Source of the DNA: Asterias rubens
Taxonomy: Eukaryota
NCBI RefSeq assembly: GCF_902459465.1
Contig: NC_047067.1
Location: forward strand, 21,824,001 to 21,888,000
Length of the DNA: 64,000 nt
Reading direction: 5' to 3'
This document shows positions 1 to 12,757 of the stretch, piece after piece. The position numbers and the translations under genes were made by a program. Positions within the stretch are counted from its first letter, which is position 1, and every line of letters starts with the position of its first letter. Below the pieces are notes generated by a model. That model did not search any database. It saw only the letters and a program-made list of their open reading frames with translations, and had not been told where the DNA came from.

Positions 1-139
1 ATACTAAACAACTTACATGTCGTTCCTTTTCTTTTCTTGCTCGTTTCGTCACTTTTGGTCACACTTTTTGGAGCATGTTGTTGTCATAGTGCTGTACACA
101 GAATTCTTTCAATCAAAATGAGGCTTCAGTGAAACTGTA

Positions 140-155
140 TAGCGCCCTCTGTCGG
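140..155 (-). promoter_or_regulatory. CTCF-like motif upstream of the zinc-finger gene
   Basis: Minus strand reads CCGACAGAGGGCGCTA, a by-eye match to the CTCF core consensus; no functional data. Confidence 0.35.
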
Positions 156-287
156 TAAGGCATAACACACAACTACAACATCAGCATTTTGGGTGTTGAA
201 TGAAAAGACGATGAACGAAGTAAACCTACAAAATATCACTCAAGAAGTCACCAAAATACATCTTTGTGATTACTCCATAAAGTACAG

Positions 288-2985
288 ATGGCCGAAGACT
301 GCAAGGTAAAATAAAGATGTTAAGGCGTACCCAATACCGATATAGTATTGGTGTAATTTGTAAGATAAATCTTGTACTTTTTAGACACTACATTTTTTTG
401 CACTGCAGTTGCACTTGTTTTAAGAGTTAGTTAACTTATTTTACACAGTCTTCTTATTAATTAGCTAGACGTTTTATAAAATCACATCAAAGAAAATGGT
501 CACTTGGGGATTTGACGAAATTAACTAATACTAGCATAAGGTTTATCACAAATACGGCCTGGTTGGTTATGCAAAATGGTAGAATAGAAAGCAGTCTTGT
601 AATGACGTTTGTGGAAGGGCACTTTCTCTTTAGGAAAAAAGAAAGGTAATGTTTCCATTTCCTTTTCACACAGTGCCTTGATTGATGCATAGTTGCCCAA
701 CTACTGTTCAGCCAAGCCCAACTATAGTTATGCCATTCCTAACTGTAGTTGGGACATCTTAACTGTAGTTGGGCCAAGCCTATAGTTGGTGCAGAACAGA
801 GACCTGGCTGTATAAAAGTTAACATTGAGTTTAATTTCATATTTGTTTCCAGGAAGTTCAGCAGCAAGAAATCATCCGCAGAATGGAGGATGAGTTTGAA
901 GAGCCAAGTCTAGAAACCGAAGCTGTACCTGAATCAGAATCCAATCCGCCGATTTCACCAATCCTACAAACAGCGCCCTCAACGTCTCCACCATCGGAAA
1001 TACCGCCATCGCAACAACTACCGCCAACTCAAATTCTGCCACAACAATCAGCTGAGGTTTCAGTGCCCTTCCCGGCTACATGTGACACCACTGCATCATT
1101 CTCAACTTCTTTTATCAATCAAGGTGTTGATTTAACGGCATTCTCTGGCGGTGAGGTAGTTCCGAATATTTACGACAACCAACAAGCCGTTCATACATGC
1201 AATAAGTGCAACAGCTGCTTCGCCAGTGCCTACGAGCTCACCGTACACTGGCAAGAAGAGCATCGAGACAATTTCAAATGCAAACGGTGCGAACGCACTT
1301 TTGCTAAGAAACACAATTTACTGCGGCACAATTGTGTGAATGCCTGTAACATATGCGGTCAGCAGTTCACCCGACGCTACAACCTGAAGCTTCACATGCA
1401 GATCCACGGCGACGGCTCGAAGCTCCACAAGTGTGAATACTGTGGAAAGAGCTTCACTCGCAGGTACACCCTGCTGACTCACACACGCTCGCACAGCGGT
1501 ATCAAACTGTTCAAATGCAGCATCTGCGGGAAGGCCTTCACGAGACAGCACACTTTGAACTTACACATGAAGCGCCATGTCACTAAGTCAAGCTTTTACT
1601 GCAGAAGGTGCTATGCCGTGTTCACCGATGCCGTCAGCTTGCAGTTACATCGTGAAACTGAACACGCTAAAACCCCAAAGCAGCCAGAATCACTTATTAC
1701 CACAGCAACATCCCAATCCATCCAGCCAACCTCAAATGTTGTGTTTCCGAATTCAAATCCAGGTTACTTGTACGGAACAGCGAACGTCGGACCCAGTTCG
1801 TATCACAATCACATGGATTCGTTTTATCAACCGACCCATCAGGATATGCATAACCCTTTCCAAAATACATACCATGATAACAGAGGGTCCGCAAACAATC
1901 CCACCCAAAAAGACGGAGACTTTGGAGAAAAGAATTTGTTACATCAAGAATCGGGGCATGCGGCATCATTAGAAAAGCGTAAATGGTTCGAGGATGAAAG
2001 AGTTGGTGCATCTGCCAGGGGCGCCTCTAGCAGACAAGAAACAACGTTCATGACTCAACCTGAGAATGAGGTAGTGACTGTGATCGACAGTGGGGATGAG
2101 GTGATGAACGAAAACTCACTGTACCCTGACAAGTCCAACAAAGAGAGGGAACAAGTTGATCAGGAACCATCAGAGCGTGACCTCTTCATAGCGGGGGACA
2201 AGGAATCAGATGATGTGGATACGATAGAGACACAGGAACTCGAGGCAGAGTCTCGTAGATCATTATTCCCAATCAATACCAGCAAACATCACAGACGGAC
2301 AGCACGTCCTGTCAACCGACCAATGCGTAGGTCCTGGCAACACGGCGACAAACTCGTTAAAGAAACATCAGAAATAAGAATCAATGTATTAGACCCGAGT
2401 GCAATGGAGGAGATGAACCCTCTCCTTACACCGCCGAGAAGTAGTGACACATCAACATCCAGACCCACCCATAATTCTTCCGAGTCCGGTAGTCCAAGTA
2501 CGGCTTCGTTATTAGAGAGTCCGTCTTACTTAACCCGGCCCTTTCCCGCCATTTTGAAAATTGCACCCAGTAGTCCGCCGTCTGCGGAGAAAACGTGCCT
2601 ACCGACTCAAATCGCTCCTCAAGTTTCTTGCAACGATGTGGATCACGAGATATCTGTCCATGTGCCTCCGCCCCACAGCCGCGTCGACAGCTATTCCTCG
2701 CATCCCGCTGGCAATAACGCTAACTCGGACAGCAGCACATCGTCATCACTCCTGGCTACTCAAAGGAAGGTCAAACACGAAGACAGGTCACAAAGCGATA
2801 GCGCAAAGTGGCACTGTACTCACTGTGGAATAACTTTCGAGGAGAGTTTGATGTACGTCGTGCACATGGGGTGTCATGGGCAGTTAGACCCGTATCAGTG
2901 CAGCATGTGCGGCATGCTGTGCCAAGACCGAATGGCGTTCACATTGCATATAATCGGTGGAAAACATATCAAAACACAAACCTAG
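288..2985 (+). CDS. Ikaros/Hunchback-family C2H2 zinc-finger protein (2 coding exons, ~716 aa)
   Basis: Exon 288-305 (MAEDCK, donor GTAAA at 306) splices in phase 0 to acceptor TTTCCAG|853, in frame with the 883-2985 ORF. There are six N-terminal fingers (one C2HC) with a Kruppel-like linker (HSGIKLFKC). A C-terminal finger pair (WHCTHCGITFEESLMYVVHMGCHG...DPYQCSMCGMLCQDRMAFTLHIIGGKH) closely resembles the Ikaros/Hunchback dimerisation domain. Confidence 0.85.
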
Positions 2986-4789
2986 TATACAAAGTGATTA
3001 ACTTCCGAAACAGCCTTTGGTGCTACTTCCTTTTCAAAACATTTCATTCTTGTTCATTTTGGCTAGCACACCAAATCCACAAATACATGATAGTAAAGTC
3101 AATCTGTGCATTGCACTATCTGGAATTATTAGCACTGTTTTTGTTGTTGATATTAATGGTACAGAAGTGTCTCAGCATCAGCCAGTTCTGATTCTTAAAA
3201 CAGCCATTTTTATGATTTATTACGTTACTTAACTGTGACTACTTTATTTTACATGCCTAATAATATCATGCCTCTGCCGGTATAATTTTACAGTGCTTAG
3301 ACACGCATCAATATATTGGTTCAACCAAAATAATGTTCTTTATTATGTATAACTCACACATAGATCCTTGCCATTCGATTGGTGGAATACATGCCATGAC
3401 TGGCCTCATTGGCTAGTTCAGTATTCTTTTTAATAGGAAATAGGAACTAGTGAAATGCTTGCCTTAATGCCAGTTCCACTGGGCCCACTGGATAGTCACT
3501 GAAAAAGTCCAGTGAAAATACTGGTGGACTAGTAAAATGCCAATCCTACTGGCCAAAAGGCTAGTAGTTACTGAAAAACTTAAGGGCAAATCCTGAATTT
3601 ACCTTTACTTTGACCGACCTTTTTAGTTGAGAAGAAGTAGGTCAGATCTCAAAGCCATTAGTGGCTGCTTTTGGGCATTTTGGAACAAGCCATTTCCGGC
3701 TGCTTTGTTCTCTAAAGGGTTAATAATTCCATACTTCTGAAATTAAACCCAGCGAAAAGATCAGGCATTTTATCAATTAATAGCTTCAATGTAGTGTAAA
3801 TAATAATTAATGCAAGCAGTTGTCTATTTTGAACTATTTATAAATATATTAAACAGAAGAGCATGTTGCATGAAAGTAAACATTAGAGGATGGGGTAAAA
3901 GGGAAATTTTGTCCACTTAATAATGATTGGCCAAATTATTAAGAAATATACAATACAATTAAGTCACCTGTTAAGTTTCAGCTGTTAGCAGTGTCTATTA
4001 ATTGTAAAAAATAAAACAGCAAAACAAAATGTCAAAATATTTTGGTATAGAATTTGAAATTCATCAATGTTTAGCGAGGTGACAGTGGGTACCGACTGCA
4101 TTTCTGGCTGCAGCATTTACAATCAATGAATATTCAAATTTATTTACATACTTTAATTGATTTCTAATCAACTGGGGCACTTCAGATGAAATCATTTTGC
4201 AGGATACTTACCATAACCATCTTTAAAACAATGAGGTTTTGGGATAGAAAGCTAATTGATTTTAGTTTATTTTACTTTCTTTTCTTTTTATTTTATTCAT
4301 TTGGAAAACAAATATTTTCTTAAATTTTATTTAATTATTATTATAATAACTGTATTATAATATTTGTGGGTATTTTTTATTTTATTTTTTGGTGGTGGGG
4401 GGGGGGGGGGGGGTTACCTATAACCCTACCTTTAAAATCATGTCTTATGCATTCAATGTTTGTGTGGGTCAATCTCTATTTCCCTTTCCCAATAACATTA
4501 TTTATTGTTAAATAAACACAAAGTTGTAATATTATTATTATCTTTTGAAATGAAATGCCTGTAGATTGAGATGGGTTATGGTACACTTAACAAAATAAAC
4601 AAACAAAACCCAAACTTGAAAAGTGGCTCTGTCTCTAACTGTGTTTATGTTTAGAATGATTGTTTTCATTTTACCACAGAGAAGCATTACATGCTCCTGA
4701 ACAAGTTATTTTTATTTTGCTATATTAAATCATTTCATTTCATTTCACACAGCTGGTCGTAAAGCCAAGTCTCTAAAAAGCTAACTTAA

Positions 4790-4900
4790 TCACTGTACTA
4801 GCCAAGAACCCAATGGAGAGAGAGTTTTTCCAGGGAAACCCATGCAATCAGGGACTAATAACCCAAACCACATAGTGCCTTGGCATTTTGGGGCGGGGTC
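4790..4900 (-). mobile_element. Fragment of the V-domain-like tRNA SINE (same family as 23812-24011)
   Basis: Shares TAATCACTNTACTAGCCAAGAACC and ACCCAANCCACATAGTGCC with the 23812 copy. Confidence 0.6.
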
Positions 4901-5503
4901 CCAGAGATGGGTCCCATGTGTTATATTCAAAGGGAACTTTGCCTAAAACAAGGGGGCTGGGGGCTGATAAGGTTCCCCTAGCAAAGTTCCAAGTGTTTGC
5001 TGGTAGCAAACTAATGTTTCAACCGTCATTGGCCTTTGCGGCATTTTGTGAAATGCAAACCCTCTCCAGAAAGGGGTGTGTCAAAGTTTCGTTTCATAGC
5101 TGTGAAACATTTTATAGACAAGCTACTAAATGAAATTATTTACAATCCTCATAAAATGTGTTGTTTTATCAAGGGTTGTCCTCTCACAATCATTATACAC
5201 TCTTAAAAGTACATTCAAGAAAGTTTAAACATAAATATTTATACTTTTCTTTGCAGACCCCCCCCCCCCCCCCCCCCCGTGTCATGAATGTTTGTTTTGG
5301 TTTTGTGGTGGACAAATTTTGGACGCGTGGTGGCGCTATTTAAAAATCTGGTTCCCAGACTCATTGGACCAAAAAGAGACTAGTATTTATATTGGGAAGC
5401 AGACGAATTCGCACATGCATCATAGCCTCTCATTCGTGCGTGTTGTCTGTCATTTACGAACGTAATTCTTTACTTTTTAGACCACCGACTAAAAGATATT
5501 GCG

Positions 5504-8500
5504 ATGGCCCGTCTGTTGTGGAGTTCCGAAAATGCAGTTTGTATAAGTGACTCATCTTTTGTGGTTGTCTGCAATGGGTAAGTAGGATTCCCATTGTCAT
5601 TGATCATATTCATATTGAAGTTTTTAAACCAAGTTAGTTTCGATACGATGGGTTGGGGGGGGGGGGGGGGGGCCACAATGGCAGGGGAAGTTTTATTTTG
5701 TCATTCGTTATTGTCTTGTCTGGGGTAATGTAATCACACTTCTGCTGCTGTTTGATCATTTCCAGGGTAAGATTCATTAGGTTACTTAATTTATTATTTT
5801 CGTAATTTATATTTTTTTAATTTTTTTATTTTTATGTTGAATGTTTGGGGGGGGGGATCAAGAGGGACTGTGTACTTTCTCCATGGTATATCCTTCTGCT
5901 AATGCCCAAACTATGCTATACATGTTTTTCTGTCAATCTTCGACTCGGGAGTAAAAACATGATGTTCATATTCAGCACCTTTCTCCATTATTGTCATATT
6001 TTTATTCCATACTTTGAATATCTGATTGATGGCATTCTTTAATTTATCTGATGTAGATCATCTTCCAACCCTGTATACAAGGAGACGCGCAGGAAACCAG
6101 AGGCAGTGCAGCAATCGGACACAAACAAAGCATCATCAACGGAAGAACAGAAACCTCCAAAAGTACCCAGGGGTGACCAAGGCCAAACTGACAGGTAAAT
6201 TTACGACCATCCATCTTCTACAACCGTAGGGAGGATGGAGGGTTACGATCATCACAACTAGCTAACTTTTTAATATGTAGCACTAAAAAGAACAACATAC
6301 GACTTTGAAATAATTAACTGCTTTTGTTATAATACTAAGTTTTGAAAATTGTATGAATGGTTTGTTGTAACACTCAGTCATATAAATGTTGGTCACTCAG
6401 TCATAACATCTATAATATCAAAATTATTCCCATTGCAGCGACCCAAGCCACTTTCCGACAGGCAGGATTCTAGCAAGTCGTTTTTCACCGAATGGCAAGT
6501 ATTTTGCACTTTGTGATGACTTCAAGACATTGTCTCTCTACTCCGTAGATGGTTGGAATCTTCTCAGCACTAGGTTTGTATTCAAAGCTCTACTTAAAAC
6601 TGTAAACTATTTCTCTCAAAACATTGTCTTTAAATCAGGCCGTTTTTCTCCTAGTATTCCCAACTCAAGATTGTGGTAATTTCACTAAGAGACCATGGCC
6701 AAATTTCGTAGAGTTGCTTAAGCACAAAAAGGAGCTAAGCACATTAAAAGTATCCTTACTGGAATAAGGTTACCAGCCAAGCTCGCATGTCACATGAACA
6801 ATTTGTAACTGGTACCCTGCTCATTTCTGCCTCTAAAGCAGACAGTTGTTAAGCAATACTTTCTTCTTTACTGGACTGTTTGAAATAGTATGATGGTGTA
6901 CGCATGTGCCTAGATTCGAATGGTGGCGCAAAAGGTTTTAAGCAATTGGTCATTAAGCCATTTCTTTTGAAGATAAAATGCACAAAAAAAGTCTAAATTT
7001 TTCTATTGTTTTTACAGGATGACACCGAAGCGCTGCATGTCCCTTGCGTTCAGTAACTCAGAGAATGAGTTGTATGTGGCAGACAAATTTGGTGACGTCT
7101 ACTGCTTCTCGGTATTGGAACCCGAACAAGAAGGATGTTTAAAACTTGGTCATCTCTCAATGCTTCTAGATATGGTAAGTTACTTCAGTTTTTTTTTTTT
7201 TTAGTTTAACAATTTTAACACAATTTTTAGGAGAATTAGGAGAAAAGTACATGTTCCTATCTGCCTTTGTCGTGTCAAACCTCAACTCTGCACACTATGA
7301 GCAAAACACTAAAAGCAGTTTTAGAATTTCAACTTTGAGAGGGCAAGGACACTTTCATTTTGCATTAGGAAACTTTTGAAGGGACACCAAGGCCAACACA
7401 TGGGCAACAGGGGCCAGTGACTCTGTGGCCTCCAAGTAATTACAGGCCTGCTTAAGTAATTTCTAAACGACAAAGATTTGACTTCCAAGTGAGGTGTTCG
7501 TAAACAGCGTTTGCATAAAACCTCTTTGGAGCAATGGTGGCTCTGAGATGAACCCGTGGCTTATGTAAACGGTGTCTCTGCAAAACTTGTTTGTAGTCCT
7601 AGCATGCAATGTTTTAAATCCTACTTAAAGATTTTGACTTATTCCTGACCTTTGATCTACAGGAAGTGTCTAAAGACGATAAGTTTATCTTGACGTCAGA
7701 TCGAGATGAGAAGATCAGAGTTAGTTGTCTCCCTAATGCCTACAACATCCACGCATTCTGTCTCGGCCATACAGAGTAAGAATCCCGCAATTATTTACCA
7801 AGATCAAGCCAAAGTTTCTGAAATTCAATAACCACTCACAGCATAGATTCTTCCAGGCCTTGAAAAGGGGAAAGCCAATGTCATTTTTGCAAAAGGGTCC
7901 TTCCATCAGAAAATCTTACAGTCCAGAGTCCATGGAAACTGAAGGGGCGCCATGGCCAAGACTTGGGCAACAGAGACCAGGGCCCCTGGGCCTGTTCTAT
8001 GCTGATTGGTTTATTGAATAAATATCACAAAATGCCCTTATCTTATTGCACTACAGACCAGGGCAACATACACAAAGTATATCATTTTACAGCTGACTAA
8101 GTATTGAAAGCATAAAGTGCACTTAGCTCTAGTAAGAAACATAATAACAAAATTGTGTCATCAAAATGGTCTTTCTTTTCTTGGTTTAGATTTGTTAGTA
8201 GAATCGCCATCATGCCTGGCTTTGACAATGTTTTGGTTTCGGGTGGTGGGGTAAGTACATTTTATTTTTGAAAACTTCCTTTTTTTGGAGGATACTTTGT
8301 GTTATTATAGTTATTTATTAATTTGTTCAAGTACCTGTGTAGGCAAATGATGCACAAAAAAACAACAGTAGTCTGAAATGTGGCAAGACCATTTTAGTGG
8401 CACATTTCTGTATGCCATCAACATCCACCCAGTTTTGAATTTCTTTATTAGCCAGAGGTTTATGACCAAACTCAACTGGGCCAATTAAAGCCGTTAAGGT

Positions 8501-10364
8501 TTAACACAGTAAAGTCGAGCTTAGCAGACACGGTTTACCAGCCAAAATACCATGTGAAGTGTACTGTTTGTGACTGGTTCCCCACTAACTTTTGCTCAGC
8601 ATAACAAAATTGCTAATCACAGTTTAATAAAACTGCCTTGGTATGTCTGCTCTCTCAACGATATTCAGGATTCCACACTCAGATTTTGGGATTATGTTCA
8701 AGGAAGACAGCTCCATTGTGAGCCTCTTCAGTCACCTGATGTGTCACATGATGACGAGAGTCAGCCCCAGATCATCACTGGTATTGCTTGCTGCGAGAAA
8801 CATGGACTGGTTGCAGTAACGTTGCTAGGGTAGGTAAAGACTTCAGTACTTGTCAGAAATGCAGTACCCAACAAGAGATATAGAAACAAATGGATAGGTC
8901 AACCAGTACAGGGGACTAGTCATCATTGGTTTATACCAATTCCGTTTTAATTCAACTTCCCTTCCTTGCCAAGAAGAGGAAAAACAATGGAGCAAGTGGT
9001 GGTCGTGGCAGAACGGTCTAGTTCACCGGACCCAAGCTCTGGTGTTTTAAGCAGCAGAGTGTGAGTTTGAACCCTGGTCATGACTCTAGTGCCCTAGAAC
9101 AAGGCACTTAACAATAATTGCTTTGTAAAAAGATAGGAAGATGGTGCATTCTGCTCTACAAGCCTGACTCCTAGTGGTTGATACCCGTGCCTAAATCCTT
9201 ACAGACTGTGAAGGGGGTAACCCTGTTTCATGCCCCAGGAGTAGGTGGTGACGTACCCCTCGTGGCAGTTGATTTGGTTGATGGCCCAAATCAATTAAGT
9301 GTAGGCCTCACCTTGGTGGGGGCATTCGTGGCCTCGTGATGTTAGATGATTTTTCATGTATAACATAAATATTCTAAAAAGGTTTTTAAAAATGTACATT
9401 TCTTCCTCTCTCTCTGAACAGCTCCCCTGGTATTTTAATGTTTCATATCGAACGGAGTGGAGGAAGCGTCAGTGTCAAACGGCTCTCCACCATAAACGTA
9501 GAGGCTGTTTGTTGGTCGGTGTGTTTTGATGTCTTAGATAGACTATGGGTTATCAGACAGCTCGAGACAGAGACAGTCATCACTTACGCCATTCAGGAAT
9601 CTTCAGAAGGAGCTACGGTAAGTTCAATACTTGTAATTTCTCTGCCCTTATTAGCTTTTCAAGTTGTGTGAACCAAATTGTCTTGGCGTGCCCTGCATGC
9701 TGGGATGTGCATTTTTGTGTCGTCCTTGCAAAAAAGAAAATGCTGTAATTGTTTATAGTTCGCTTAAAATTTGCTTAAAAAGTTTAAGGGAAACCCTGAT
9801 TTGTCTACTCATTTTTTCTTGATTTTAGTTACAACGATTCGCTACTTCAGAGAAGGTCTCATCGTATCTGAATAGTGACTGGAGCTTCTTTAAAAGTAAG
9901 TTATTCTTATATTTACTGTTTTAAAAATCGCAGTGAGGCAGGGGGGGCGGAGGATGTGGGAGGTTAGTTTTTTTGCAGGAGTTTTGATAAATCTTAAAGC
10001 CAAGACATTTCTCAAACAAATGATAAATGATAAATTCAAAACTTGTTTTAACATTTTGCATGCGGTGAATTGGGTGGTGGCAATTCTGGTGTTGTGTTGA
10101 GTATTTGAAATTCGTACCGAAAGTTTTGCCTTTCTATTTTCTAATCGATTGTTTCTCTGTGAAGGTGCTCTTGACACGCCAAGTCCGTACGCAAACCTCT
10201 ACAAGAGGAGTTTTGACAACACCAAGGCGTATATGGAACGGAAACAGCAAAGAATTCAAGAACAACAGGAGAAGAAGAGCTCAAAGAGTAAGACTCCGAG
10301 ATCACCACTGGAGAAAAGAGCGAAATTAGACATGGACACTAAAACAGCAGAAAGTGGAAGTTGA
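5504..10364 (+). CDS. WDR4: tRNA (guanine-N7)-methyltransferase non-catalytic subunit, WD-repeat protein (433 aa)
   Basis: Exons 5504-5577, 6057-6194, 6439-6573, 7018-7174, 7663-7775, 8190-8250, 8669-8829, 9422-9617, 9829-9895, 10165-10364; all GT-AG, phases consistent, 1302 nt. Motifs [75 protein letters not shown] match WDR4/Trm82. The first two exons are less certain. Confidence 0.93.
9000..9340 (+). mobile_element. tRNA-Leu-derived SINE, 3' body type 2
   Basis: A-box-like GTGGCAGAACGG, anticodon-arm CAAGCTCTGG, B-box-like GTTTGAACC and core CAAGGCACTTAAC. The body GACTGTGAAGGGGGTAACC...CCCCAGGAGTAGG is shared with 35545-35815 (-), 60490-60625 and 61236-61575. Confidence 0.8.
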
Positions 10365-11263
10365 TGATATGATTGAACAACAAAATAGACATTTTTATCT
10401 GCTACTTTATAAAAAAACACCTTGCACTGACTCCAACTGCGGCTACTATCGGCAAATGATCTGCCATTTGAGGAGTCTTGGCTCAAGACCTTCCTGTTAT
10501 TAATATCTTCGCCACAAGAGACTGCTATAATGGGAGTCCTCATCTTCCGCCACAAGAGGGCGCACTCTCATCAGAGTCTGCTTTCATAGGGGAGTCCGCT
10601 TCTGTACCAGGTCGCTCGAGATGCTAGCAGTTTATGTTGATACCGCCCTCTATTGGCGACTCTATCAGCAAGGGAAATTAACAGCAAGAATATAGCTTTC
10701 AAGAAAGTAAACAGCAGAAGCATTTCGAAGCGAGACTACCATTAATTGAGGAGTTGAGCTTCAAATAGAGAAACAATGACATCCGGATTAAAGTTCTGGT
10801 GCTCTATAACAACTGAGCTAACTAGCTCTATATTGGAGGGCCCCCTATTTAGGTGTTCGGGCAACAGCCCGAACAACTCATTGATTTTGTTCGGTTTTTT
10901 TTTTTTTTTTTTGGTTTTTCTTATTCTTCTCGCTGTCGATTGTCCGCAAGAAAAAGCATAGATGCGAAGCTTGCATTAAGTTGAAACTTTGCACACAGGT
11001 AGACAATAACCAGTAGATGATGCAAAAGTTTTATTGACGATGACGTCATCAGTTGACGAGATACACTAATTCAAAGTTTATTATTTCAAAAAATCATAAC
11101 TTTTGATCTACATGAGGGATTTTTACAATCAATAAATCATCGGAAAGGGCATTAACAACTCCGTAAACGCCTCACAGACATAACCACATTTTGATGTCTT
11201 CCGGCTCAAAAGAGAGGTTGAAAATTTCAAAATTCACGTCTAAAGAACAACGTAAATCCCCCG

Positions 11264-11870
11264 GTTAGTTAGTCTCCAGTCGTCATTATGCATAAGTTCC
11301 TATGCTTATGCCCTCAACCACAAAAGCTATTTTGACAATCTACATCATATGAAAGGGCTTTACGTACATAGTCTGTTTTCAAGGCGTTTTCAACAAACAT
11401 TCCTGTTAGTTAGTCTCTTCTCCAGTCGTCATTATGCATAAGTTCCTATGCCCTCAACCACAAAAGCTATTTTGACAATCTACATCATATGAAAGGGCTT
11501 TACGTACGTAGTCTGTTTTCAAGGCGTTTTCAACAAACATTTCCTTTCCGGTTAGTTAGTCTCTTCTCCAGTTCTCCACAAAAGCTATTTTGACAATCTA
11601 CATCATATGAAAGGGCTTTACGTACGTATGTAGTGCCTTTAGAATGCTTTGAATGCTTTGAAAAAGGCGTTAACTAATGGCTTTTAGGCTGAAATGTACA
11701 CATTAATGCTTGTGTATAGTCGCGTTCAAGGCGTTTTCATAAATACATTTCCCTCTTTTAATAAGTTAGTCTCTTCCACAGTCGTCAATATTAAATAAGT
11801 TCATATTTCCTCAACCACAAAAGCTATTTTGTCAATCTTTACATCATACGAAAGAGCTTTACGTACTTCA
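11264..11870. repeat. Internal tandem repeats (~141-146 bp units, four degenerate copies) of the Helentron-like element
   Basis: GTTAGTTAGTCTC...CCACAAAAGCTATTTTGACAATCTACATCATATGAAAGGGCTTTACGTAC units start at 11264, 11405, 11551 and ~11765. Confidence 0.9.
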
Positions 11871-12379
11871 TAAAAATGGAGATGTTGGTGACCTTCTCTT
11901 GACCTTTTGACTTGTCTTAAGCAAGGCTATGAAATGAACAATTTGCTAGGTGCGCCCAGTAAGCACAAAATCGACCGTTAAGCAGCTCTATGAAGTTGGG
12001 CCCTGCTCTAGCAGCGGTAAGAGATCTGCTCCAGCAGTGCAAACCTTGTAGAATCAAATCCCACCAATTTTATAAAACACATTGTGTTAGGATTAAAGGG
12101 GTTAAGTTTTTATTTAAAAAAAAATAGATATGTACACCGAACAAGTGTTTGTAAATATACAACCACTACATGTAAAGTTTTTCTTTATACATCTTTTTCG
12201 AAAGAGCCATATACCTGGAGATACTCGTGTAGTGGTTAAGAAATGTCAGTTTTAGATGTTGTAGACAACCATTATAGAGGGAAACCCCAAACAATCACGT
12301 AGGGTCTGAACAATCAATCCACACGATTCAAGCCTTCGTCCCTAGATTTTAACTGGGGTGCACTAAAAGTTCACATGCT

Positions 12380-12757
12380 AAAATTTTCACCTAGTTTGTA
12401 TTTGTGAATTATTCGTGTTTGGAGCATTATCAAGGGTTCCAACAGCCGGTGTGGGCGTTTTTTATTGTCATTTATGAGCTAGCAACTATTAGTGCAACTT
12501 TTGACATTACAAATAATATTAGCTCCCCGTTTAACTGTTTACATCTGTTTTCATAAATACACAAGTCATCAATAAAAACTTAATAAGTTTTTTTTAATGA
12601 CTTGTATATTTATGAAAACAGATGTAAACAGTTAAGTGGGGAGCTAATAGTTGCTAGCTCATAAATTACAATAAAAAAACGTCCACACCGGCTGTTGGAA
12701 CCTTAACAATGCTCCAAACATGAGTAATTTATAAATACAAACTAAGGTGAACATTTT
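12380..12757. mobile_element. Foldback/palindromic MITE (~375 bp) nested in the Helentron-like element
   Basis: Arms of ~170-200 bp are reverse complements (e.g. CCAACAGCCGGTGTGG / CCACACCGGCTGTTGG; AACTGTTTACATCTGTTTTCATAAAT / ATTTATGAAAACAGATGTAAACAGTT) around a 3-nt centre at 12582-12584. The left arm has a ~30 bp insertion. Confidence 0.85.

Noticed and set aside
1132-2833. Several antisense or alternate-frame ORFs overlapping the zinc-finger exon
   Set aside because: Expected shadows of a GC-richer coding exon; no independent signals.
10555-10600. Minus strand has GAAA and CTGATGA close together, suggesting a hammerhead
   Set aside because: The order is GAAA-7 nt-CUGAUGA, too short for helices III and I, and no GAAA follows a stem II.
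11264-11870. Repeat-spacer-like periodicity (CRISPR-like?)
   Set aside because: Units are long, degenerate tandem copies without unique spacers, in a eukaryotic transposon context.
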